Shown here piece by piece: positions 13,003 to 24,710 of a stretch of 64,000 nucleotides of DNA. The first letter of the stretch is position 1; each line of letters opens with the position of its first letter. Below the pieces are notes generated by a model, which had not been told where the DNA came from, ran no database searches, and was given only the letters and a program-made list of their open reading frames with translations. The stretch comes from Octopus sinensis. Its lineage: Eukaryota. The DNA is taken from the NCBI RefSeq assembly GCF_006345805.1, contig NC_043001.1, forward strand, positions 49,352,001-49,416,000, given 5' to 3'. Position numbers and translations under genes: made by a program.

Positions 13003-13745
13003 ATATTCATACATAAACATGCAAGTCTACATGAATGAGTACTTGTATATACGTGTATACGTAAGTGTGTATGCGTATGTGCGTGCCGGGTGTGTTAGTA
13101 TACCTATGTGTGTATGTGAAGCAGTGTGTATTAGTTAATGTATATACTTCTGTGAATATTGGTACCTGTGAGCGTCTATTGGCTAGAGTGTTCGTAAAGA
13201 TTATTAATAATTAGCAATTTGGCAGCCAAATGAAAGTGTTAGATTATAAATATTTTGCTGAGATCTTTGAAACCTAATAGCTATTAGTTCATTTCTTCCT
13301 ATTTTTGTAGACGCAATGGTGATAGAAGTAATTCTTTATCAATTATGATCAGTATATTTGTCTTCCTTCTACTACCTATGTAAACAAATTTTTAAACTAT
13401 AATTAGCACAGTTATAACCGTTGAAACCCTAATAACACGGTCCGTAGTCCAGTATAGATCCTAATGGTTAGTATTGAGAGTTATGCTATCTTTGAAGATT
13501 TGCTAATGTGATTTGTTTATAAATTTTTTTATGTAACGGTTATTTTTCACTGTTAATGAAAATTGACGTTGCTGTAAATAATTTCTAAAGAAGCTCTCCT
13601 GATTTGTTTTGCTCTCCCTCTCCCTCTCTCTCCTCTCTCTATATGTACATATGTGTGTGTGTGCATATACATACATGTGACCGCGTGTGTATCGTTGCGA
13701 TTTTTTCCCTCCGTCTTCCCTTCCTTGGATCTTTCCATTTCTTAT

Positions 13746-13780
13746 GTTTCTGACGAAGAGCCTTGCTCGAAACGTTAAAT
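13746..13780 (+). ncRNA. Minimal type I hammerhead ribozyme, intact core
   Basis: CUGACGA at 13750-13756, extra A, stem II GAGC/GCUC with CUU loop, GAAA at 13769-13772, ACGU palindrome, GUU triplet, stem I GUUU/AAAU. Confidence 0.75.
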
Positions 13781-14026
13781 CCTCCTTCTTTCTTTCCTTT
13801 CTTGAGCGTCCAATAACACTATACTTATTCCACGTCCTCGCGTTGTTGTGTTTTCTCTTTGTTCATGTTTGGATTAACTATACATACATATATATATATA
13901 CACACACACATGCAAACGCAGTCACGCACATGCACGTACACGCACGCACAGACACAGACACACACATACGCACGCACACACACACATACACACGTACACA
14001 TGTCGATACTATGTATGTATATATGT

Positions 14027-14245
14027 AAGGCGGCTAGCTGGCAGAACCGTTAGCACGCCGGGCAAGATGCTTAGCGGCATTTCGTCTGTCTTCATGTTCT
14101 GAGTTTAAATTCCGCCGAGGTCGATTTTGCCTTTCATCCTTTCAGAGGTTGATAAAATAAGTACCAGTTGTGCACTGGAGTCGATATAATCGACTATCCC
14201 CCTCTCCAATTTCAGGCCTTGTGCCTAACGTAGAAAGGATGTGAT
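14027..14245 (+). mobile_element. SINE family B, tail type 2
   Basis: ggcggctagctggcagaa head, ctttcatcctttc...gataaaataagtaccag body, aatttcaggccttgtgcct tail. Confidence 0.85.
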
Positions 14246-14487
14246 GTATGTATATCTGGTCTTGTGCCAAAATTTGAAACCGATATTATGTATACTTGAA
14301 AGTAATGTATCCGGGTATCTTTTACAAATCTCAGGCGAGAAATCTTTATTAACTTACCTATGTATTTTAAAAATAAAACTTTACTGTCATAGGTTTCTAC
14401 TGCTAGATTTCGAGAAAGCGAGTTTTTGAATTTAACATAATCTCCCATTCCTCTTGTTCATACATTTTGTATAATAAAAGCCTGGAT

Positions 14488-14541
<54 letters not shown>

Positions 14542-14812
14542 CTCTCTCTCTCTCTCTTCTCTCTCACACACACACTCACACACACACACACGCACACGCA
14601 TGCACACACAAACACACTAATGGATTCTCGCCTGAAGATGGCGGCAGATTGAAACTTGAGTAGTGTGATAAACATTCATACGCTATTTATACATACGTAC
14701 ATATATACATACATACATACATACATACATACATACATACTAAGTTAAGTACCACATTCATGTGAATTCATTGGAACTCACTTGAATCTTAATGGTTTTA
14801 CTAAAATTATAT

Positions 14813-14849
<37 letters not shown>

Positions 14850-14854
<5 letters not shown>

Positions 14855-15118
14855 GAGTTAAATCCAATAAACGAACATTTAAAAAATTACAAACAAGAGG
14901 ACGTGGACATGGAAAAATACGAAAACTAAAAGCAGCATATATGCTAGGACACAACAACCTCCTAAGCGGACTGAGTGCAGATATGAGTAGCATATGGGAA
15001 CCGGTATTAAGGAAGGATAGGAAAATATTAGATTTATAAACCGTAAAATTCACTCCATAATTGCCCACGGGCTACTAACCCCAAGATTCCGTGTTCGATT
15101 CCAGGCAGTGACCTGAAC

Positions 15119-15176
<58 letters not shown>

Positions 15177-15365
15177 TCGAAAAATATCTTAGGAATGAGA
15201 ACCCAGGTTCGAAATTTCCTCAAGACACCTGATGAAGGCTGGAGGGTATATCAGCCGAAACGTTGTGTAAACAACAAACACGATGAGGACAAATATCCGT
15301 CAAATTTGAATAATGTAGATAATATAAATATTGTACATAATTCATCATCTCTTAAATATAGAACA
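14850..15365 (+). mobile_element. Penelope-like element 3' end: ORF C-terminus plus pseudo-LTR carrying a hammerhead
   Basis: The frame ends KIRKLKAAYMLGHNNLLSGLSADMSSIWEPVLRKDRKILDL*, resembling the C-terminal GIY-YIG region of PLEs. It is followed directly by the ~300 bp repeat also present at 10975-11470. Confidence 0.6.
15224..15268 (+). ncRNA. Minimal type I hammerhead ribozyme, intact core (Penelope-type)
   Basis: CUGAUGA at 15229-15235, one extra A, stem II GGCUG/CAGCC, GAAA at 15257-15260, palindromic ACGU in place of stem III, GUU cleavage triplet, stem I ACAC/GUGU. Confidence 0.8.
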
Positions 15366-15407
15366 GTATAGAATGTATTAGTTTGACGCATAGTAAAACG
15401 AGAAAGA

Positions 15408-15444
15408 TTTTGATGTTTCGAGAATAATAACTCTTCGTCGGAAA
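15408..15444 (-). ncRNA. Hammerhead-like variant (CCGACGA, ACAU)
   Basis: Reverse complement reads uuu-CCGACGA-a-GAG-uuauuauu-CUC-GAAA-CAUC-aaa. Confidence 0.5.
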
Positions 15445-15550
15445 GGATAAAAAGAAAAAGTAAAAGTTCAAAAAAAGGAAAAAAAAATCACCAACAGCAT
15501 GTGTATAGATACATTGCCCTTCTTTAGACTTTTCCCTTTACCCTATTTCT

Positions 15551-15583
15551 TTTCCGACGATGAGCTATGCTCGAAACGTCAAA
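15551..15583 (+). ncRNA. Hammerhead-like variant (CCGACGA)
   Basis: uuu-CCGACGA-u-GAGC-uau-GCUC-GAAA-CGUC-aaa. Confidence 0.6.
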
Positions 15584-15848
15584 CTTTTTACTGAGCTAAT
15601 ACATTCAAACTAATACTTTCTGTGTGTACGTTCTCTTGTTTGTTATTTTTTTAATGTTCATTTATTTTTAATGTTCATTTATTCGATTTTGCTATTTACT
15701 GCATGCTCACGTGGACCCTCTACGTTCTTCCAACTGATTTGGAGTACCTGATTCATGGATTTTCTTACTCTACCTTTAGGTTACATTACCTTTAAATTCC
15801 TTCGAAGTACGTCGATTCTGCATCTTTGATTATATATATATATTATGT

Positions 15849-16150
15849 GTGGAGGCGCGTGGATGAGTGGTTAAGGTAATCGTGAGTTCGATTTCCAATG
15901 GTGCGTTGTGTCCTTGAGTAAGACTTTATTTCAGGTTACTCCAGTTTACTCAACCGGAAAAAATGAGTTGTACCTGTGTTTCAAAAAGGCCAACCATGTC
16001 ATATTCTGTGTCACGCTGAATATCCCTCAGAACTACGTTGGGTGTACGGGTGTCTGTGGAGTGCTAAGCGACTTGTACGTTACTTTCACGAGCAGGCTAT
16101 TCAGTTGATTGGATCAATCGAACACTCGTCGTCGTAACCGACGGAGTGCC
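15849..16150 (+). mobile_element. tRNA-derived SINE family C
   Basis: A/B-box-like head gtggaggcgcgtgg...agtggtt...gagttcgattt; its 3' end tcgtcgtcgtaaccgacggagt recurs at 1-22. Confidence 0.7.
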
Positions 16151-16358
16151 AACACACACACACGCGCACACACACGCACACATCACAAACACACACACAT
16201 ATCTGTGTCTGCATGTGTGAAAAGGTTGAATTAGATTCGTCCTTTAATTTGGAGGTTTCCAAAAAAAGATTTCTAATATAGATTCTTCATATTTTGTGGT
16301 AGCTTACTGGCGTAAAATTTGAAAATAATACTTATATATGGTGTGTTGTGAATTTATG

Positions 16359-16749
16359 GAAAGAAATCCCATAAAACTCAACAATTTTGATAAAAATAGA
16401 GAAGTTGTTAAAAAATATAAGAGAATTATAATTCATGCAGATGATCGTTTCGTACAGCGATACAAAAACTTTTGCCAATTCGCATTAAACACGTTTTCTG
16501 TACGCGCTTCTATGGAGTTTATAATACCTGCAAATTTTGTAAAAAAATGTTGTTTATGCTTCTTGCACTGAAAAGTACAGTGATATATAATTAATTTAAT
16601 ATAATCTAATTAATTTAATTAATTCTATTCAACTATGAATTTGCACGGTTTTTATATTGCTGGACGAATCGATCGTCTAATTAAAATTCTCTTATGTATT
16701 TTAACACCTCTTCTCCATTTTTATCAAAATTGATAAGTTTTATGGGATT

Positions 16750-16755
<6 letters not shown>
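16359..16755. mobile_element. MITE with ~70 bp imperfect TIRs
   Basis: gaaagaaatcccataaaac...gagaatt versus aattctc...gttttatgggatttctttc; a related fragment lies near 52860-53000. Confidence 0.65.
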
Positions 16756-16808
<53 letters not shown>

Positions 16809-17579
16809 ATACATATATATGTATGTAGTATGTATGTATGTATGTATGTATGTATGTATGTATTATGTATGTATGTATGTATGTATGTATGTATGTATGT
16901 GTGTATGTATATATATATAAAAAAATGAATCGACTATAGGTGGTGACCACATGTTTATCCGACCCTGTCTGGTGCATATCTTTTAAGTACCTGATTGTAT
17001 CAAGAATCCTTGTGTGTGGTGTGTGTGTGTGTGTGTGTGCGTGCGTGCGTGCGTGTGTATGTCAATTCACATTAAACCTGTTTTCTGTAGTGTTTCTATG
17101 GATCTTATAATATCTATAAATACTTTATATATAATTTGTGTGTACCCCAGTATACTTGTGAGGACCTTTGTCTATTTGTTTTTGTAAGACTTTCTGCTTG
17201 GTAGTACCTCCTAAACAAGATAGTAATCATAGCTATCGTTTTTTCCGTCTTGTTGTTGTTGTTGGTGTTGTTGTTTTTGTTGTTGTTGTTGTTGTTGTTC
17301 TTCTTCTTCTTCTTCTTCTTCTTCTTCTTCTTCTTCTTCTTCTTCTTCTTCTTCTTTCTTTCTTTTCTTTTCATCTTTCTTTCTTTCTTTTCTTTTCATC
17401 TTTCTCTTCCTCATTATCCCTTTTCTCTTCATCTACCTCATTCTTCTTCTCCTTCTACTTTACTTCGCTCACTCACTACTTATCTTGAGAATGAATGAAA
17501 TATAGCAAGAATAAGAGAAAGACAAAGCGAGAGAGTTAACGCTGTAGAGGTTTATATAAAGACAAACCAAAATGCCGAT

Positions 17580-17647
<68 letters not shown>

Positions 17648-17749
17648 ACGCAAAAGCAATATTTTGGAAAGGCACCTAACTATAACCAAAGGGACAAGAT
17701 TATAACGTACAGATGAGCCAGGGCTAAGTTCAAAGCCATCATAGAGAGT

Positions 17750-18410
17750 GATGTAAAGGTGATCTGCCCGCTATACAAATGTAAATCGTGGAACGACACA
17801 GAAAGAACTAGAAAAAAAGATAGATAAGTTCAGCTCATTGTATGACAACAAAACATACCAGAGTGTCATGTTCGTTGATGTTACCCCTGGCGGCGAACTA
17901 GCATACCTGTTTTGAAAAAAAAACATTAGATAACGCCAATCTACTGATGAAAGTAGTAGAAAGGCCTGGTCCGCCTCATAAAATCCCTGATCTTTAGAAC
18001 TTATCCCTTCGATATGTCCCCATGAACGGGTAACAATTGTGTTGTATGTAGGATGAACCCACAAGTTAACTGTAAGGTTAGGAATATAGTGTATAGCTTA
18101 CAATGTACTGAGGAACGGTGCAGAAGCATTGCAACTACTTACAGTGGAAAGACAGCGCGTAGCATAGGAGAGCGTATAGGGAACACTGGCGAGAGCTCAA
18201 AGAAGAGATAGGCTCGTCAGTGCTCTACCAATATGCTCAAGCAGAACATAGAGGTTCAGTCAATAGCATAGAGATCAAAGTATTATCAACGCATAGAACT
18301 GACACGACACTTAGACAGATCACAGAGGCTACACACATAGCAGTAGACAGACCAAACCTCAACAGAAAATACGAATGGAACAATAACACCCACCACCACA
18401 CCACACAACA
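17750..18410 (+). mobile_element. Penelope-like element fragment, GIY-YIG endonuclease
   Basis: Degenerate frame CVVCRMNPQVNCKVRNIVYSLQCTEERC...YSGKTARSIGERI, then LRQITEATHIAVDRPNLNRKYEW. Confidence 0.8.
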
Positions 18411-19080
18411 TGACGACTAAAGACTAAAGACTGAAGGTAGAAAAGGAGAGAAAAACTAGAAACAGACGGTGTAATACACATACAGTAGACATATATACCC
18501 ATACCTATGATGACTATTAAACAAATTAGAGACGTTAAAATAAAAAAATACTAAAAACTGTATAAAGCGCACAGATACACACAACACTGGAAGCGAATCT
18601 ATATACATACAAACACACATGTGGTAACTTCACAGACGTCTGCAACAATATCAACAACACGACTAACAACAATGGCAACTTCAACAACTATCACGATGGT
18701 AGCAGCGTGGGCAAACACACAAACACAACGAGTTATAAGAACGGTACATAAAGTCGGGATCAAGGGCCGTAATGGAGTGGGGGACGGGGCTGAGGAGAAG
18801 GCTATAGTGCTACTAAGAACAATGACACCCACCCACACACATGTATACACACACTAACACAGACGCATGCGCATATAAGGATACACATCATAGAAGAGCA
18901 GAATTGAATAAGCAAAGCAAGAGCACACACAAAGACGGAAAATGTCACTGAAGAGGTCACAGATGTGTGACGAAAAGTTTCCGGACAATGGACATGAGAT
19001 AGAATAAAAACAGTAATAAACAAGTGAAGAACGAATATGTAATGCGTGTTTATTTGACAAAAAAAAGACCATCTCGAAAT

Positions 19081-19155
<75 letters not shown>

Positions 19156-19242
19156 AATCCAACGGGAAAACAGAAAAAACAACAACACGTGGAACAATTA
19201 CAGTATTATTATTAATAGGCGCTCAGGAAAGATGGAAGCAGG

Positions 19243-19294
<52 letters not shown>

Positions 19295-19574
19295 ATGAAG
19301 ACATAAATATATTAATAAAGAAATATATATATAAATATGTGGCAAATAAGAAAATGGAGGAGAATAATAGGTGGTTCATCAACTTTTAGGCATTAAATTA
19401 TGTTAACTCATTTATTTATTTACTAAACTGATGTATATATGCATACACACGTACATTATATATATATATATATATATTTATTTATACACACGCATACACA
19501 GACACAGACACATACACATGTACACGTACATACTTATATGCATGCATATTTACATATGCACACACACTATATAT

Positions 19575-19629
<55 letters not shown>

Positions 19630-20111
19630 AGGATAAGAGAGATAAAATCGACAAAGATACTGATAGAAAGAGAGACGAGATATATAGATAGATGTGTAAA
19701 GACGGATGTACAGAGAAACATCCGTACAGATGGATAGTTAGATAAGCAGTCGGATAAACTGTATAAGATAGAAAGAGAAACAAACAACAAGGATGTATAT
19801 ATCGAGATCTGTAGAGTTTGCTGTCAACTCAGCTATATTCTCCCACACATTTTCACCTGGAGCTAACAGCTAATGAGACAAATATTGATCTTTATTCAGC
19901 TTGATCTATATAGGTTTTTGTTTACGTAAAGCCGTCAAGACACACAGACAGACTTAACAAGCAAGGTTGCAGGGTTTATATTTCCATATTTTTAAATTTC
20001 CTCTTTCGCTTTTAAATATTCGGATAGCTAAGGGGGAAAGCCATGTGTAAAAACAGGGTCAACTCCGCAATTCAACAAACCTAATGATCTCTAACTGACA
20101 GAAATCAATCT

Positions 20112-20273
20112 GGCGCAGGTGTAGCTGTATGCTAAGATGTTTTATTTGCAACCACATGGTTTCGGGTTCAGTCCCACTGCGTGTCACATTGGGCAAGCGT
20201 CTTCTACCATAACTCCGGGCCGACCAAAGCCTTGTGAGTTAATTCTGTTGACAGAAATTGAGAGAAGTCGGTC

Positions 20274-20278
<5 letters not shown>
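20112..20278 (+). mobile_element. SINE family A, 5' half
   Basis: ggcgcaggtgtagctg head to the internal TA tract. Confidence 0.75.
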
Positions 20279-20325
<47 letters not shown>

Positions 20326-20455
20326 CATACACCCCACGTGTGTACTCACACACACTCACACACATAGTTGAATTTTATTGAAAAACAAAAGACAAAGGAA
20401 GGTGTACGAACAACACGCATGTGTATTAGTTTGACGCTCGGAAAAATGAAGAAGT

Positions 20456-20491
20456 CTTCTACGTTTCGAGCCTACACTCTTCAACAGAAAG
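20456..20491 (-). ncRNA. Hammerhead-like variant (CUGUUGA)
   Basis: Reverse complement reads cuuu-CUGUUGA-a-GAGU-guag-GCUC-GAAA-CGUA-gaag. Confidence 0.55.
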
Positions 20492-20616
20492 GAATAAGAT
20501 AAAATAAACAGAGGGAGAAAAGGAAACAAACTTGTAAATTTCAGCGGTCCAACATGGCGAATCATATATGTATATATATTATATATATATATATAATATA
20601 TATATATATATTATAT

Positions 20617-20681
<65 letters not shown>

Positions 20682-20702
20682 TATAGTCAATTCAAAAAAC
20701 AC

Positions 20703-21052
20703 AGGCAGAGGTATTGTTTTCAGTCACGTTTGTTTGTTTGTCTTTAGACAAGATATTTCAAGAATTGCTGAATGGATTCGGATGAAACTTTCAGTGATAT
20801 TTGGCCTCCTGATTGGCACGAACTGATTAGATTTTAGGATCGATCCAGTCCCGGACAAGGATTCTGCATAATTTTTCCTGTTTTTTCTTACTTAATTTTT
20901 GAGAGCAGTCGGGTTCATTTTTAGTATTCTCGTTTGTGAGAGCAGTCGAGTTTATTTCAGATATTCTCATTTTAAAAATCATCTCTGGCTAATCGTTGAG
21001 AAGACATTGGTGCTGCCTTGGCGGAAGTTTGCGCTCTCTGAGTGGTCTTGTT
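20703..21052 (+). mobile_element. Non-autonomous Helitron/Helentron-like repeat, copy 1
   Basis: Closely matches the reverse complement of 28549-28908; 3' ccttggcggaag...gcgctctctgagtg structure. Confidence 0.55.
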
Positions 21053-21233
21053 TTAATTTTATTTTTTTCGTTCCTAACTGATCCGGTGCGTATTGACAGA
21101 GGAGCTTGGACAAATAAAGATAGCTAAACAAATGAACGTGTTGGATGACAACCTGGGAAAAGTGACACACACTAGAAATATGTGGTGGCTGGAAGAGGGA
21201 CTGGAGAAACTAACACAGCTTACACACGAGTGT

Positions 21234-21330
<97 letters not shown>

Positions 21331-21670
21331 TGGGCAAGGTGTCGGTTATGTGACACATACGGATGCTGGAGTGAGCACTGGGTAAGGTGATGAGTGTTAA
21401 ACACATGTGGTTGTTGGAAGAGAAGACTGGATAAATATGTTAGTATGTGTGCCCAAGATGCTCTAGTTTTAGAGATACAAACGGGGACACATAAATTCAT
21501 ACACACAAACTATATCTACGTCTTACACAGTATTCTGTATATATGTATGTGAATACACCCCCCCATACGCATACACCCCCACACGTATATATTGCTTTAT
21601 TGTTTTATCAGTTTCAGCTCAAAGTTGTGGCCATGCTGGGGCACCGCAGTTTGCTGGGGCACTGGCGTTA

Positions 21671-21706
<36 letters not shown>

Positions 21707-21756
21707 TGTATGTATGTATATACATACATACATACATACATACATACATACATACA

Positions 21757-21792
<36 letters not shown>

Positions 21793-21794
21793 TA

Positions 21795-21992
21795 TTAAGA
21801 AAAAGGATGCAGTTAGAATTTTGGATAATTCTTTGTTAGCTCTTTCGTTCGTTTAATCGAACTCTTCATGAAGAATTGAACCAACTTTTGACTCAATTTT
21901 TGTTTGGTTCAATTTTTCTTGAAGAGTTCGGTTAAACGAACGAAAGCGCTAATCAAGAATTATCCAGAATTCTGACTGCTTCCTTTTCTTAA
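21795..21992. mobile_element. Foldback MITE, ~90 bp arms
   Basis: ttaagaaaaaggatgcagttagaattttggataattc...ttgaaccaac pairs with gtttggttcaa...gaattatccagaattctgactgcttccttttcttaa. Confidence 0.75.
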
Positions 21993-22031
21993 CATACAGT
22001 ATCCGTACACCTCTGAACACCTTATGTATAT

Positions 22032-22095
<64 letters not shown>

Positions 22096-22216
22096 ATATA
22101 ATATATATATAAGTTAATCCAAACAAGAAAACACAGAAAAAAAGAGAAAAAACACAGCAACGCAGGACGTGGAACAATTAAGTATTACTGACGCTCAGGA
22201 AAGAAGGGAAGGAGGG

Positions 22217-22248
22217 TTTAACGTTCGAGTGGAGCTCTTCGTCGGAAA
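22217..22248 (-). ncRNA. Decayed hammerhead-like variant (CCGACGA, GAA)
   Basis: Reverse complement reads uuu-CCGACGA-a-GAG-cucca-CUC-GAA-CGUU-aaa, within a copy of the 13690-13880 repeat. Confidence 0.5.
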
Positions 22249-22332
22249 CAAGGAGAAGGAAAGATCCCAGGAGGGAAGACAGAGGAGAAAATATTTTGAG
22301 CTGGTGGTGCTCAAGAGATCACATGTTGAAAG

Positions 22333-22415
<83 letters not shown>

Positions 22416-22432
22416 TAGATAGATAGATAGAT

Positions 22433-22466
<34 letters not shown>

Positions 22467-23359
22467 GAGATATACATACAACATACATACATACACACAT
22501 ACATACATACATACATACATACATAAATATGCCAAATATGAAGGTTAGATGTATATGTTTGTGTTTCTGTCTTTCTATAGGTTTTTCGTTGAGAGTTTTC
22601 TGCTGCTAGTATTCTCATTGATTTCGATTTGTTCTTCACTGAGATTCTGGTCATTGAGATAGGGGTTAGCCTTGCTCAGAGAATTTATAGTTTATAACGG
22701 TTTTATTGGATATATATATAGATACATACATGAATACACACACACAAGCACACACACGCACGTGCACACATACACACACATACACACACACACACACACG
22801 TATATACATATACGTATCTGTGTATGTGTTTATTTGCTTGTGTGTATGTGTGTGTGTACATGTGTGTGTGTGTAAGTGTGTGTAACTCCACTAGCTATAC
22901 TGTCCAGCTACAAGAGTGCAGTGTCTAGCAGCATTCCAAGTGCCAAATTCTCAACATTGGTTTACATTTGATTCTGGGTTGTAACTTGGCAAACGATGAT
23001 CACATCTACTCATTACTGCCATTATACAGAAGTTGTGCAGTTGTCGTAGGCTCAGTTGACGCCTGCACATCTCGAGATACTACTGTACTGGGTGTTGACA
23101 ACAGGAGGGTTTCCTGATCAACTGAACCTGTCACTTTCCTTTAAATAAAAGATCATTTGCATAAAAGTTTTCAAACATGAAACGGCTATGAGGGTCTATC
23201 CGAGTAAAATAGGAATTACAGAGTGTTCATAGGTAAAAAATGGTTGAGAACCACTGATCTAAACCGTCGATCCAGTGATAAAAACCAGTGGTACGTATGA
23301 ACTTACCTCTCCAGGTGTCGATTTACAAGTTCATTTTTATTAGTTAATATATGTTCCTG

Positions 23360-23577
23360 TGAAGGCGGCCAGTTGGCAGAATCGTTATCACGCCGAGCAA
23401 AATGTTTAGCGGCATTTCGTCCAACTTCATGTTTTGAGTTCAAATTCTGCCGGGGTCGACTTCGCCTTGCATTCTTTTGTGGCCGATAAAATAAGTACCA
23501 GTTGAGCATTTGTGGGGGGATGTAATCAATTTACCCCCTCTCCAGAACTTGCTGGTTTTGTACCAAATTTTGAAACC
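23360..23577 (+). mobile_element. SINE family B, tail type 2, with 14 bp TSD
   Basis: TSD aatatatgttcctg at 23346-23359 and 23578-23591. Confidence 0.85.
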
Positions 23578-24059
23578 AATATATGTTCCTGCTAATATGC
23601 AGTAATCTGCCAGTACAGTTCCATTTGTGTCCGACACAATGACGGTGACACTACCCACGTACGAAGACACTACCCTTCTGTGACCCACTTAAGACGGAAT
23701 GTCTTACATTTCCAATCTCGGCAGTGATGGTTCTACCGTCTACAGAGCAAAGAGAGCAGAAAAGTCATCCTTAACAAACCGAGCGTATGATTCCACTGGA
23801 CTTAATACAGATTCACTCAGAGTCAACTTTATCTTTTCAGCTTTTGGATGTTAAAACAGGGGAGTGGCGGAAACCTACTGGAATCCCACTTTTAAATAAT
23901 AAACCTTATTAATAAAACAAAACAGCCATGTATAGGAAGAGACTTTATCCTAAACATACAACCAAATCTAAATGCTGAAAACTCTCCCCTAACATTAATT
24001 TCTTTCTAAATGTCCGTATATTTCTTTGTAATAAATTTTTACTTCTTCTTGTTTTGCAG

Positions 24060-24145
24060 TGATCAATGAACCAGAACAAAATCCAGCTGGTCAGTCAGCC
24101 ATAGAAAATGCCATCAGAAGGAAGACTAAGAGTCTGCCTCAGTGA
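24060..24145 (+). other. Putative orphan exon (5' UTR exon of syt17 or terminal exon of an unidentified gene)
   Basis: Strong acceptor ttttacttcttcttgttttgcag ending at 24059, in non-repetitive DNA. Phase-1 frame reads INEPEQNPAGQSAIENAIRRKTKSLPQ then stop. Product not recognised. Confidence 0.3.
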
Positions 24146-24669
24146 TTACTCAACTGGATCGAAGTTCAGCTGAATCTTCAGCCGTGGCAAAAGTCTGCAA
24201 GAATATTGTTCAAGAAATAATCACCTGCAGTCAGAGCACTGAAGCCCTGAGAGTCATTCCCAGTGGTCAGTTTGCCAAATAAGAAAGCAAAAGAAGATAC
24301 CCATTGTAACATACAATAGCAACGGTGATCAGTGATCCTGGAAAAAACAAGTGATAGTAACATTTGATCGGGTTTCAACCTCCACGCTACTGCACTGACA
24401 CAGTGCGTCTTGAGGCGTTACACCAATTGTTACATCTGTTATATAAGTAACTTGTTCTTCTCCTTGTTAGTATTGTCGCTCAAATCGAGCAGACCAAAAT
24501 ATAACTGGTGTTTTATAGCTGTGTCGGTATATGTACTGTAATGATACATTAATATTTTGTTCAAAATTTTGACTCGTGGAAACTGTGGGTATTGCTGTAG
24601 TCCTGTCTTTACACACACTCACTCACTCACTCACATACACACTCACTCACTCACTCACTCACTCACTCA

Positions 24670-24710
<41 letters not shown>

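Noticed and set aside
14628-14665. CUGAAGA...GAAAC hammerhead-like motif
   Set aside because: No stem II pairing and no palindromic loop 3; too degenerate to call.
18430-18475. ctgaaggtag...ctagaaac after the Penelope ORF
   Set aside because: Core and stem I do not fit; chance in purine-rich DNA.
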